NCBI GenBank assembly: GCA_043228905.1
Contig: JBHGNT010000007.1
Span: 10,602,001-10,666,000 of the forward strand
Length of the DNA: 64,000 bases
Origin: Azolla caroliniana
Lineage: Eukaryota > Plantae > Polypodiophyta
Reading direction: 5' to 3'
Shown: positions 11,909 to 23,165 of the stretch, piece by piece
How positions within the stretch are numbered: position 1 is the stretch's first letter
Layout of the letters: every line of letters starts with the position of its first letter
Notes under the pieces: model-generated
Told to the model about the DNA's origin: nothing
The model's database searches: none
What the model saw: the letters and a program-made list of their open reading frames with translations, nothing else
Made by a program: the position numbers and the translations under genes

Positions 11909-13535
11909 ATGGAAAATCAACCGGAAGCTAACAACATGATGGTTATGTTCGAGTGGATGCTACAAGAACAACACGCGATGTCGGAGATTGCGGCAGCAAT
12001 AGAGCGGCGCGTGCAACGGAACGGGCAATTCAACGGGAAGGATGTGTCGCGATATTTGTGGGATTACAAGGCAGAAATGCTACGATGCGGAATATCGGAA
12101 GGATTATAGGTGACATCCTTCAATCGGGTGGCTACGGACGGGCGTCAAGGGAGTATCCACGGGATACGACAACAAAATCCGACGTGGCAAGCATTTGAAG
12201 AAGCGCTAAAGACCACGTTCGCCATCGAGGACTCCTCCAAGGCAACGCGGAGAGGATTCGAAGATTGGGTGGAAACGCCAGACAAGGGGCTGAAGGTCCT
12301 CGATGTGTTTTCGGCATTCAAAAGTCGGTTCGGGAGGTTGTCTATGAGAGATCAAGCTATCCTCACACCGGACAAAGTGATCATGTTCTTACGAGCTGTG
12401 GATGTCCGGGACCGGAAAGATCTTGGATTGCTTCTAGAGGACACCACTACTGAGAGTGGCCTCACCAATACATGGGAAAACGTGCGGGATATCGTCGCGC
12501 AATACACAAAGAGGGGGCAATGCCTTGGTAGTGAAGAAAAGAGGGTTTCAAAACCAATTCTGAAACCAAGATCTGGATTGGAAGACCATCAACCGTGGGC
12601 TCGTGAGACTACGACCGAGAAAGAGATGGAGAATCTGAAAATTGCGATGGTGAAGAAGTCGGATGACCATCCCACAAGTTCCAAGTATATGGACCATCGA
12701 TGCATATGGTGCGATAGCACCGAACATGTTCGGAGGGATTGCGACGAGCACAAGGAGGCGCTACGACGGGACCTTATCTACTACGAGGGAAATCAGATTC
12801 ATTCGATGAACTCTCTGAAGCCACTCTGACCGAACTTCCGAAAAGGTGGCATGAAGAAGGTCCTAGAGGAGGAAATAGCGGCGAAAAGCAATTATGCGAC
12901 AACTGCGAGGATATGTGTGGGTGAGTCATTTGGAGCAAAGGTGTCTTTTTGACCGGAAGTACTAGAAAACCTCGAGAAAACTGACTTTAATGAGATCCGA
13001 AGCACCGCGAAAGGCATCCGAGAAGCTACATGATGGGACTGCCCCGTTGATAACAATAGCGTGTATGCCCTATGCCAATTACATGAGGTGTATGTAGATG
13101 AGAAACGACATTGCACGGATGATGCAGTTGGACCATCAAAGATGCCGGAGGGCTGGAACTCTGAAGGGAAGGGGAAAGGAAAAACAATTCCGGCATTCAA
13201 ACTCGCTTCCGACATGGAGCAACGAATGGACTTAAAAAAGGTGTTCGAGGACAGAATCCTCGATAGTCGGGTAGATTTTTCTCTTCGGGAATTACTCGGA
13301 ATAGCGAAGGAGTTCCATGATCTTCTTGTGGATCTCATGAAGAGAGAAAGAAAAAATACGGAGGAAAATTCTCCAAGGGTGAATGCAAATACCGTTCTAA
13401 TGATTGACACCAAAGTGGAGGATGAAATTCCAAATTCCCACTACACAAGGTCACACTAGGTACGCGCAACTACGGAGACTTCGGTCCGAATCGGAAACAT
13501 CAAAGAGCTCGCACTAGCATTGGTTGATCATGGAG
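11909..13535 (+). pseudogene. gag: gag and protease start of copy C; rest of protease and the frameshift site deleted
   Basis: ORFs 11909..12109, 12110..12829 and 13061..13459. LVDHG is joined directly to pol-start sequence, a deletion of about 0.5 kb relative to copy B. Confidence 0.85.
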
Positions 13536-13558
13536 TAATGAAGAAATAATTCCAAAAG

Positions 13559-16084
13559 GTGCAAGATGAGTTACGGTCTACATCAATAATAAAAGAAGAC
13601 GAAGAAATTGTGGGAGTAGTCGAAGAAGTGTTCTATGGGAGCACACTACAACGGCTTGAAGAGCTTGCAGAAGAGAATAGCCAGGGAGACCGGGTAGTTC
13701 TGGTGGAATCGGTCGAGATGTATGATATCATTGTGAAAATGGGGCTGAATGCACTCCGCAAAGAAGAAACAATGGTATGTACGAAATATAAGACCGTGGA
13801 AAAGAAGGTGAAACTAGCCGCGGGACCGCTGCCCGCCGATAGCGAACAAAAGATGAAAGAAGTCTCGGGAGATCCAACAGTTCGGAAGTCCATGGATATC
13901 GGACATGCCTTTACGGATGAGACCCATAAGAAACTTCAGATCGGTGGAGGTGGGTTCCTCTCACAAAATGAAGAAGAACGGTTTCGTGAGATGTTGGAGC
14001 AGCATGGAAGAGCATTTGCATTCACATCGAAAGAGATAAGGGGTGCTGACCCAAAAATAAAGGAGCCGATGGTGATCTTCACGATTGATCATGTGTTGTG
14101 GAACCTGAAGCCGATTCCAATGCCACAGGTGCATATTTCAAAAATCATTGACTTGCTCAAGGAGAAGGTGGCGATGGGGATTCTAGAGCCATCAAACGCT
14201 CCGTACTCAAATAATTGGTTTACGGTTCCGAAGAAGAATGGATCACTCCGATTTATTCAAGATTTGCAATCGGTGAACAAGGTCACGATCTGGAACTTCG
14301 GAGTCGGTCCAATAGTGGAAGAATTTGTGGAAGCATTTGCCGGTCGCGCGATATACTCCATCGGAGACCTATACTCCGGGTATGACCAATTCCAACTAGC
14401 CGTGGAGAGCCGAGACATCACTACCATGCAAACACCGATCGGATTAGTCCGGATGTGCACGCTACCACAAGGCGTGATGAACTCAGTCGCACATATGATG
14501 AATGCGATGAACAAGGTGCTCCGGGACTGCATTCCGGAGATAACGATCCCGTTCCTAGATGACATTTCGATAAAAGGATGTGCGGTGGAAGAAAAAGATG
14601 AGACTATGGATGATCGGGGATGCCGAAAGTTCGTAGTCGACCATATTCGCAATTGCGAGAAAGCGTTATGGAAGTTAGAAGATGTGCACCTAATGCTCTC
14701 CGGAGAGAAGTCGGCATTCGGACAAGAAGAAATATTGGTAGTCAGACATCTATGTGGGCCCTACGGCCGAAGACTGTCACCGACCAAGATTGATGCGATT
14801 CAAGCTATGAAAGAAATATGCAAGTCACAATCCGAAGTCTGTAGGTTTCTTAAGGCATGTGCATTTTATCATATATGGATTCTACATTATGCACACATTG
14901 TGGACCCACTCTATCACTTGTTGCGGAAGGGAAAGAGGTTCAAATGGAAACCGGAACATACCAAAGCCATGAAGAAGCTCAAGAAATCACTGTGGAGGGT
15001 AGAATCACTTAAGAAGCCGAACTATGATCGACTGATTGTAGTAACGGTTGATACAAGTCTGACCGGGATGGGATGGGTCATCAATCAAACCGATTCGGAT
15101 GGTTTACGATATCTGATCCGATTCGGAGCAAAGGTTCTCAACGAAAGGCAACACAGATATGCACAAGTTAAAAGACAATTATGGGGACTCGCATCGGCGA
15201 TAAAATTAGATCGAGATTACTTGATTGGAGGCGAAGTAGTGATCGAAACGGATTGTCTTCTGATACTCGGGATGATGCGGTGTTGCACGATACCGGATGT
15301 GGCTATGCTAAGATGGATTGCATATGTAGAGTCGCTTGATCCGGAGATACGAAACATCTCCGGAAAAGACAACGCGGTAGCGGATATGCTATCAAGGGCA
15401 TAGTTTGGAGACGACATAGCCGAATCCGATAATGAAGAAGTTTCCAAAAACTACTTTACTTCGGAGCACATATGCTAGGTGAACGTAATCCGAGAATTCT
15501 GGGAAAAAGAATACGAGGGAGAAAGCTTGCTGATCGGGAAAGTGCTACAAGAAATCGAGGAATCATCGGACAATAAAGAAAAGAGAGCCGAGATCCGAAG
15601 AAAGAAGCGGCAAATCCAAAAGTTTTTCTTGAACAATGGATTAATCTGGAGGGAGCCGAAAATACCGAATGGTATACCACTACGGGTAGTCGGAACAAAA
15701 GAGCAAGAAAACCGGATAATGTCCGAATTTCACGAATCCAATTGGGTTGGACATCGGGGAACATGGGTAACATTTGCGAAGATCAAACAAAAATATTGGT
15801 GGAAGAATATGTACAAAGATGTAGCGGAGTTTACGGAAAGCTGTGAGAAATGTCAAATCTACTCCGGAGTTCGACACTGAGATGAATTACATCCGACATT
15901 CTCACCGACAATCAACTTCAAATGGACGGTCAACATTGTGACCATGCCAACCGGCATCGGACAAAAGAAGTACTTGGTGTTAGCCCGGGAAGATCTAACA
16001 AACCAAGCAGAAGGACGGGCACTATGGAGGAAAACATGTTCCGTAGTATGCCAATTTCTCTTGGAAGAAGTGTTCTGCAGGTAT
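13559..16084 (+). pseudogene. pol: pol of copy C (RT, RNase H, integrase HHCC and start of core)
   Basis: 614-aa ORF 13559..15403 with FLDD. ORF 15479..15880 carries the H..GHRG..C..C integrase zinc finger. Confidence 0.92.
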
Positions 16085-16271
16085 TGTCAGAACCAAGGAT
16101 AAAAGATAGAGTGATGGAAGAAGGATAGAGAAGAATGGATGTATAAGATAGAGAAAGAAAGAGAATGGATACAAGATATGTAATGAGAGCTAAAGACTGG
16201 TGTTGTTTCAAATTGATTTGAGAATACATGTATGCGCTTATTTATAGGTTCCTATAGAATAGCTTAGAGAT

Positions 16272-16335
16272 TTCTAGAATGTTCTAGAATGTTCTAGACC
16301 TAGAATGCTCTAGGACATTCTAGAACATTCTAGAA
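16272..16335. promoter_or_regulatory. heat-shock element array in the LTR of E
   Basis: TTCtaGAAtgTTCtaGAAtgTTC and TTCtaGAAcaTTCtaGAA, upstream of minus-strand TATAAATA. Confidence 0.7.
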
Positions 16336-16405
16336 TAATCTAGAGTTTTTACAATAATCAATGTAATACAAGAAGTAGCTTTTATTGTTTCATATAACAA
16401 TAAGT

Positions 16406-16460
16406 TATCTTAATGGTTGAGGTTTTCAAGTATGAATTACAAGGTTCGAGGTTCAAGTCC
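16406..16460 (+). promoter_or_regulatory. tRNA-like A-box/B-box module in the LTR of E (antisense to the element)
   Basis: TATCTTAATGGTTGAG ... GGTTCAAGTCC, 46 nt from the A-box start to the G before TTC. Confidence 0.55.
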
Positions 16461-16477
16461 GGGTGACGCCATAATGG

Positions 16478-19400
16478 TCATGTGTTCATGACACTATCCC
16501 TCCTTCGAGAACGCCGAGTGGAAGTCGGCGTTAACATTGTTGGGCCGGGCTTGTTTGGATAGTGACGATGGAAGTCGTTGACCAGAGCTTTAGCATTACA
16601 AACGTTATCGATGGGTTCCCAAGTGCGATCACTCGGAGGATAACCAAGCCAATCAACTAGATAATAAAGCTTATTGCGCACAATCTTAGAATCGAGAATA
16701 GCAGCTACCTCGTATTCGGGGCCGTCCACAAGTTGTACAGAAGGCGGTGGTGGCACGACACGATCAGGAATTAAAGAGGTGTGGCAAGGTTCCAAAAGAG
16801 AGCTATGAAAGACAGGGTGAAACCGCATATGTGCAGGAAGGTTAAGACGAAATGTTGCATCATTAATCTGCGCCGTGATGACAAAAGGACCTAAGCGTTG
16901 ATAGTCAAGCTTAGCACACGGTCGGGTAGTCTTGATGTGACGACGAAGCAACCATACACGGTCACCAACCTTAAACGGAGACTTAAGACGATGTCGATCG
17001 GCATTGGTCTTATGGTGTGCTTGCGCTTTCTGAAGATGTGACAATAACTCGAACTGGATTTGTTGTAGTCGGTGGAGGTGATGCGCCGCACTAGGGTTTC
17101 GTGACACCTTGGGAAGATCCAGTATACACCATCGAGGGTGGTTGCCGGTGTAGGCAAAGAAAGGTGTAACTTTGGTAGAAGAGTGGACCGTGTTGTTGTA
17201 TGCAAACTCAGCAAGATGTAAAATTTTACTCCAATCATCTTGTTGATAACTAATGAAACATTGAAGATATTGCTCGAGCGTTTGATTTGTGCGCTCTGTT
17301 TGTCCGTCAGTTTGTGGATGATAAGCCGAAGAGAGTTTGCAAGAGATTTTGAGGCCTGCCCATAGGTGCTTCCAAAAGTGTGAGATAAATTGAGGACCTC
17401 GATCACTAATAATATCATTCGGGAGGCCATGATGGCGAAACACTTCACGCATAATGAGATCTGCAGTTTCTTCACTATTGATGGTCTTTACACATGGTAC
17501 AAAATGTGCCATCTTGGTGAACCGATCCACTACTGTTAAAATAGTATCAAAGCCTTTGGAAGGTGGCAGATCCGTAATGAAATCCATAGAAATAGACTGC
17601 CATGGCTTGTTGGGAGGGGGTAATGGTTGTAGTAAGCCATAAGGGTGATGCCGGGGTATTTTGGCGCGATAGCAGGTGTCACAAGTGCGAACATAATCTT
17701 CGACAAATTTTTGCAAGTGAGGCCACCAAAACGAACGTTTCACCAGCTCAATGGTCTTGGAAATACCAAAATGTCCAGCCAGGGGGGCATCATGACAATG
17801 TTCCAACACTTGAAGTCGGGGTGATCCGTCGGGGACGTAAAGGAGATTCTTGTAGAAGAGTAAACCATCTTGCCACTTGAAGTCCTGATAATGTTGAGAT
17901 GACCCTGGCAATGTGGAGCAAGATGGACGACTTGAACCACAGTGGGCTAAGACATCCTTAGCAAAATCATCCGAATGCAGTTGTTGCCGAATAGTGTCAA
18001 GAAGGGTAGAATCAAGTGGTGTGGCATAAATTGTTGTTACCTGTAGCTTTGATGGCCCGAGGAGAGTTTGCTTTTGATTGTCAAAGGCCGGATCTCCAGG
18101 TCGAAGTGCTAGATACGAACGCCGAGACAGAGCATCTGCTTTCCCTTGTTGTTTTCCGGGGCGAAAAATGATCTTGAAATCGAAACACGTTAGAAATTGG
18201 GCCCACCGAGCTTGTCGTCTATTTAATACTCGAGATGTTTGAAAATATGTGAGATTTTTGTGATCACTATAAATGATAATCTGATGAGGTGATCCTTCTA
18301 GAAAATGATGCCATTGCTCAAATGAGTCGACCACAGCTAGTAACTCCTTGTCATGCACCTCATAGTTTATCTCCAAAACAGTAAACTTTCTCGAGTGAAA
18401 CACGACTGGATGTATCTGCCCGTCCTCGCCTGGTTGCGATAGGATACTCCCCAATGCAAAGTCTGATGCATCCGCCTCAATAGTAAATGGCTTTTTAGGA
18501 TCAATATGTGCTAGGATGGGTGCTAATGTGAATGCCTCTTTTAGCTGCGTAAAAGCCTTGTCCGCTTCGATACTCCAAAAAAATGCTTGATTTTTCTTGG
18601 TGATTTGAGTAAGGGGCAACACAATGCTTGAATAATTATGTATGAATTTGTGATAGAAGTTCGCAAATCCGAGGAAACACTGGACATCCCGAACTGAGCA
18701 TGGGGGTTTCCATTCCAATATTGTTTGGACTTTTGCCGGGTCCATGAAAACACCCTGGGATGAAATAGTGTATCCCAAAAATTCGACTTGTTTGCAATCA
18801 AAACTGCATTTCTCAAGTTTGGCATAAAGACCATACTTCCTTAGGCGTTCAAGTACTTGCCGCACATGTATATCATGCTCCCCTTGTGTTTTAGAGTAAA
18901 TCAATAGATCATCTAGGTAGATGATTAGAAAAATATCCAAGAAATCCCGGAAGATGTCATTTGCCATATGTTGGAATACGGCAGGTGCATTTGTGAGCCC
19001 GAAAGGCATGACTGTATACTCGAAATGACCATACCGAGTACGAAATGTTGTTTTCCACTCATCTCCCGGCCGAATTCGAACAAGATTATATGCACCCCTT
19101 AGATCAATTTTGGTAAAATGCTTTGCCCCACCAATGCGTTCTAAGAGATTGGAGATTAAAGGTAAAGCATACCTATTCCTTATGGTGACTTTATTTAAGC
19201 CTCGATAGTCCATGACCAAACGAAGGGAGCCGTCCTTTTTCTTCACAAAAAAGATAGGAGCACCAGCTGGAGACTTTGAATGTCGAATAAACCCATGTGC
19301 AAGATTTTCCTCGATGTATTCTCGAAGAACCTCAAGCTCAGTGGGTGATAAATTGTAAATCGGACCCCACGGAGGCTCTTTTCCTGGTTGGAGATCAATA

Positions 19401-19753
19401 GGACAGTCGTACGACCGATGCTTTGGAAGAACACTAGCTTTGACTTTGTCGAAGACATCAGCATAGTCTTGATATTTTTTGGGAATTTGGATGTCTGAAT
19501 TCCCTTGAGTGACACTAGAAGGTGTCACTGATACTGCAAATAAGAAAAGGTCCTCCTTGCCTCCCACTTGGTGCAATTGTTGCAATGTGATGGCTGAAAT
19601 TTGATGAGAAGGATATGGTGCATCGATAGAACTATATACTTTGGGAGGATAATCCCGAGTTCGATCCTTGACAATGATATTTTCTGCTAAAGGGCACCTA
19701 ATTTCTCGCTTCCTCCAATCGATTCTAGGGTTATGTAGCTCGAACCATGGCAA
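16478..19753 (-). CDS. pol: pol of E: RT (YLDD), RNase H, integrase, C-terminal chromodomain
   Basis: Uninterrupted 1091-aa ORF with chromodomain EYEVAAILDSKIVRNKLYYLVDWLGYPPSDRTWEP. A 1-bp frameshift near 19770 separates it from the protease. Confidence 0.95.
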   Translation of the reverse strand: MPWFELHNPRIDWRKREIRCPLAENIIVKDRTRDYPPKVYSSIDAPYPSHQISAITLQQLHQVGGKEDLFLFAVSVTPSSVTQGNSDIQIPKKYQDYADVFDKVKASVLPKHRSYDCPIDLQPGKEPPWGPIYNLSPTELEVLREYIEENLAHGFIRHSKSPAGAPIFFVKKKDGSLRLVMDYRGLNKVTIRNRYALPLISNLLERIGGAKHFTKIDLRGAYNLVRIRPGDEWKTTFRTRYGHFEYTVMPFGLTNAPAVFQHMANDIFRDFLDIFLIIYLDDLLIYSKTQGEHDIHVRQVLERLRKYGLYAKLEKCSFDCKQVEFLGYTISSQGVFMDPAKVQTILEWKPPCSVRDVQCFLGFANFYHKFIHNYSSIVLPLTQITKKNQAFFWSIEADKAFTQLKEAFTLAPILAHIDPKKPFTIEADASDFALGSILSQPGEDGQIHPVVFHSRKFTVLEINYEVHDKELLAVVDSFEQWHHFLEGSPHQIIIYSDHKNLTYFQTSRVLNRRQARWAQFLTCFDFKIIFRPGKQQGKADALSRRSYLALRPGDPAFDNQKQTLLGPSKLQVTTIYATPLDSTLLDTIRQQLHSDDFAKDVLAHCGSSRPSCSTLPGSSQHYQDFKWQDGLLFYKNLLYVPDGSPRLQVLEHCHDAPLAGHFGISKTIELVKRSFWWPHLQKFVEDYVRTCDTCYRAKIPRHHPYGLLQPLPPPNKPWQSISMDFITDLPPSKGFDTILTVVDRFTKMAHFVPCVKTINSEETADLIMREVFRHHGLPNDIISDRGPQFISHFWKHLWAGLKISCKLSSAYHPQTDGQTERTNQTLEQYLQCFISYQQDDWSKILHLAEFAYNNTVHSSTKVTPFFAYTGNHPRWCILDLPKVSRNPSAAHHLHRLQQIQFELLSHLQKAQAHHKTNADRHRLKSPFKVGDRVWLLRRHIKTTRPCAKLDYQRLGPFVITAQINDATFRLNLPAHMRFHPVFHSSLLEPCHTSLIPDRVVPPPPSVQLVDGPEYEVAAILDSKIVRNKLYYLVDWLGYPPSDRTWEPIDNVCNAKALVNDFHRHYPNKPGPTMLTPTSTRRSRRRDSVMNT

Positions 19754-20145
19754 ACCGAGGACAATTGGATGCTCAGACTACGGATTATGTTAAAGGAAAC
19801 TACACATCCTAAATCACCCAAGAGTATGTGTATTGGCTCAGACTCTTCAAATATCTTCCCGGAAGCTATGGGGCGTCCATCAATCACTACTACGGAAACT
19901 GGACAAGGAAGTGTATGCAAGGATATTTGGTGTTTTTGGGCAAAATCTCTATCCATGAAACAAGAATTGGCTCCAGTATCTAAGAGGGCTTGGACTTGAA
20001 GTTGACAACTGGGTGTCCTAACTTGTACTAGGGCTGAGAAGACTCTACTAACATGCTTGGAAGAAATGGAACCCACACTAGGTTGTACATATCTAGGGTT
20101 GTCCAACCAAATGGCTCCTATTTTGGCCGGACTTATTCGTTTGAC
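19687..20145 (-). pseudogene. aspartic protease part of E pol, with -1 frameshift entry
   Basis: ALLDTGANSCF motif; the frame is -1 relative to gag. Confidence 0.88.
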
Positions 20146-21296
20146 TCCTCTTCTAATTGGCTTAGGACTTCAAATTTATTGGACAAGGGTGGATTATTCA
20201 TAATATTAGATTCACTAACTACTTCTAAAATGTTGGACTCATTTTTATTGTCATAGTGAATTTGATTTACCTGACGTCTCGGCCTACGGGAGCAATGAAT
20301 GGCTATATGTCCTGGACCTCCACAATATAAGCACAGATGGTTTGCTCGACGACGTTGCTTCTCTTCGTCTGACAACGGTCCTTGTCGTTGAGTCATATCG
20401 ATCTCCATGGGTGTAGGACTATCCATTGGGACTGGACTACGTGTTTGCCTTGGAGTTGGAGCAGGGCTATACATTTGCCTTGGGGATGATTGCGCCGTTA
20501 CTGATGCATAAGTTGGTGTGAATCTAGATCTTGTTATTTGTTGTTGTCGCTCACATCGATGCTCAAAAAGGCGATTATCACACCGTATTGCTCGACTAAT
20601 AGCTTCTGTAAGTGACCTTGGATCCTCGGGGAAGGTAAGAAGTAAGTCTTTGACATCACTACGAAGGCCTGAACGGAATTGCTCCATTAGGGCTTGTTCA
20701 TCCCAAGGAATATCGCTTGCGATGAGACGGAAATTGGCAGCATATGTTGAAGCTGGTTGATCACCTTGACGAAGTGTACGAATCTTGTTGATAGTTGTTC
20801 TCGCCCCATCAGTATCTCCGAAACAAGCCTTAAATTCCTTGATAAATTCCTCAAAATTATTCAGTAGAGGAGAATTGGTCTCTAGCAATGGAGCAAACCA
20901 CGACAACGCTATGCCAGTCAATAAAGTGCCCACTAGCCCGACTCGTGATGCATCTGTTGGATAACGTGCGGGATGCATTTGAATCACCAACCGTACTTGA
21001 TTCAAAAAACCTCGGAAATGCGCCCTCGACCCATCAAATTTAGCTGGGAGGCTAATTTTGGGCTCCTTGATAAGTCCCTGACCTTCAACCCTTTGTTGTT
21101 GTAACACGACGATTGTCGACTCTAACTGTTGCACTCGTCACGTGAACTCCTCTTGTTGTTGTTGCTTCTCTATAGTAACCTTTTGTAGATCCCCAAGTAG
21201 ACGTTGATTCTCTACTTCAAGAGATGCGAACTTGGATTTAAGGTTCTCCATTTCTGCAACAAGGGTGAGATATTCTTCTGAGTTAATGGCAACCAT
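20133..21296 (-). pseudogene. gag: gag of E (one premature TGA)
   Basis: PAKFDGSR, LRQG, PMEID and CLYCGGPGHIAIHC motifs. The ATG at 21296 is in frame with ORF 20133..21134. Confidence 0.9.
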
Positions 21297-21360
21297 GGTT
21301 TCAGGATGGTTACAAAGGAGGATAAGAGAGAGAGAGAGAGTGAGAGAATTCGAATCATAC

Positions 21361-21585
21361 TGTCAGAACCAAGGATAAAAGATAGAGTGATGGAAGAAGG
21401 ATAGAGAAGAATAGATGTATAAGATAGAGAAAGAAAGAGAATGGATACAAGATATGTAATGAGAGCTAAAGACTGGTGTTGTTTCGAATTGATTTGAGAA
21501 TACATGTATGCGCTTATTTATAGGTTCCTATAGAATAGCTTAGAGATTTCTAGAATGTTCTAGAATGTTCTAGACCTAGAATGCT
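21361..21585 (-). repeat. 5' LTR of E, U3 truncated
   Basis: Copy of 16085-16310. Confidence 0.9.
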
Positions 21586-21832
21586 TCTCACCGGGCCTTC
21601 ACCATCCGGCTCTTGCCGGGTACTCGTCATCCGGTTCTCACCGGGCTTCCTTGCCGGGTACTCCTCATCCGGTTCTCACCGGGTCTTCCGTAGCCGGGTA
21701 CACCTCATCCGGTTCTCACCGGATCTTCCTTGCCGGGTACTCGTCATCCGGTTCTCACCGGTTCTTCCGTTGCCAAGTTGCTCATCAACTTTGTTCTTCT
21801 CACTTCCCATCCGAAGGGACCTATTTCCTAAC
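21586..21832 (-). repeat. LTR fragment of another family (F) with a 38-40-bp GC-rich minisatellite
   Basis: Terminus CCTAACA, homologous to 46270-46387. About 5 units of CTTGCCGGGTACTCGTCATCCGGTTCTCACCGGG. Confidence 0.65.
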
Positions 21833-22142
21833 ACAATATACAACGATACGGAAGTTTGCTAAAAGGTGGTTTGGGCCATACGAGGTTCGGAAAGTTTTCG
21901 ACAACGGAACTTACCGACTATGCGAGTTGGATGGAACAGTAATACGAGTGCCTATAGCGGGGAAACGGGTGAAGATTTTGAAGAAACGAACTGATGACAA
22001 ACCTTATGTAAGCTTAGACAAGACCGACAATGATGAGCAATCGGACAAAGATCGCAATGATGCGGAAAGCGAAGAAAGTGGACTACAATTGATAATCGAC
22101 ATAAGGGGAGGATCGGAGAGTGCTACGGATGAAGGCGAATAA
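21833..22142 (+). pseudogene. integrase C-terminus of copy C (GPY/F motif, no chromodomain)
   Basis: RKFAKRWFGPYEVRKVFDNGTYRLCELDG. Confidence 0.85.
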
Positions 22143-22198
22143 CAAGCATTGGGAACTTCGGCACATACCGGAGGATGTGTGGGTTTGGAGGGGATGAG

Positions 22199-23165
22199 TG
22201 TTGTAGTGTAATTCGCACATTACGTGAAATATGTAAAAAAATATATCCGATTGTAGTACGCATAAATAAATAAAAGAAAATATTGTTACATGCATAGGGC
22301 AGGATTCAAACATTGTACCTCCATGTTAACGATTTTAAGCCTTACCACTATACTAGCATATTATGAGTTGTAATGTTATACTAAACTTTATCCCATATAA
22401 ATATTCTAGATAAGCATGATAGAAAAAGTTATTCATGCATACACACTCGAGTTAAAAGAAAAGATGTGATAGATAGCTAATCATGCACATGTAATGTGCA
22501 TGAAAACTAAAGTTAGAAAAAGCATGATGCTTGCATGTGATAAACTTAGACTCTTCCATCACTATATATCCATTTAGAGATACTACTTTAGTATGTTTTA
22601 TCTTTGGCTTGCCCGAAGGCTATAACTCACAGGAAGTCATGTTTTATTAGCAGTACATAGTTCATCAGGGAGTGTACTGAATGGTACGAGTGAGATACAA
22701 GCACAGGATGACCTCTAGGAGTCATTGTTGTCACCGTCACCATCTTCATCGTCGTCACTTAAGGGCACAAACCACCCTTTTTAGGTACCACATGTATGTT
22801 GGTGCGGGGAGACTCGAACCTCTAACCTAGCGGTTGGAGTGTCCCCCCATTACCATTACACCAACACATCACGGGTCTCTTCCATCACTATATAAAGAAG
22901 AGAGAAATATGTATATGGGGGTTTATTTTTTATAAGGATTGATTAATATAAAATATTCGTGGGCTTAACGATTTTGCCATCTATTTCTCTCTTACAATCT
23001 AAGTATCAATTAATACACTATACTCGTGGGATTCACGATTTTCATATCTTCTTCTTGCATTCTTTTCCTAACTAACATTATCTCATATTCTTCTTTCTCC
23101 TAGTCCAAAACCCTAGTGGTTCCCACCCGACTCGCTCAAACAATCCTGCGCCGAAAGGCACGAGA
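22199..23165 (+). repeat. 3' LTR of copy C, interrupted by a SINE
   Basis: Follows PPT GGGTTTGGAGGGGATGAG and matches the 5' LTR. Confidence 0.9.
22569..22876 (-). mobile_element. tRNA-derived SINE, 308 bp
   Basis: 18-bp TSD CTCTTCCATCACTATATA (22551-22568 and 22877-22894). The head has A box TGGTGTAATGGTAA and B box GGTTCGAGTCT. Absent from the sister LTR. Confidence 0.85.

Larger units (their letters stand above)
16085..16493 (-). repeat. 3' LTR of element E (409 bp)
   Basis: TGTCA...TGACA ends. Near-identical to 21361-21585 over the overlap. Confidence 0.95.
16085..21585 (-). mobile_element. chromoviral Gypsy element E (Tcn1-like), 5' LTR truncated
   Basis: 3' LTR 16085-16493, PPT GAAGGAGGGATAG, pol with chromodomain, gag, 5' LTR 21361-21585. 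Confidence 0.95.
11299..23165 (+). mobile_element. Ty3/Gypsy family A copy C with both LTRs, carrying nested inserts and deletions
   Basis: 5' LTR 11299-11869, PBS 11874-11891, gag from 11909, pol about 13538-16084, integrase tail 21833-22142, PPT 22181-22198, 3' LTR 22199-23165. Degenerate 4-bp TSD GCGC/ACGG. Confidence 0.93.
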
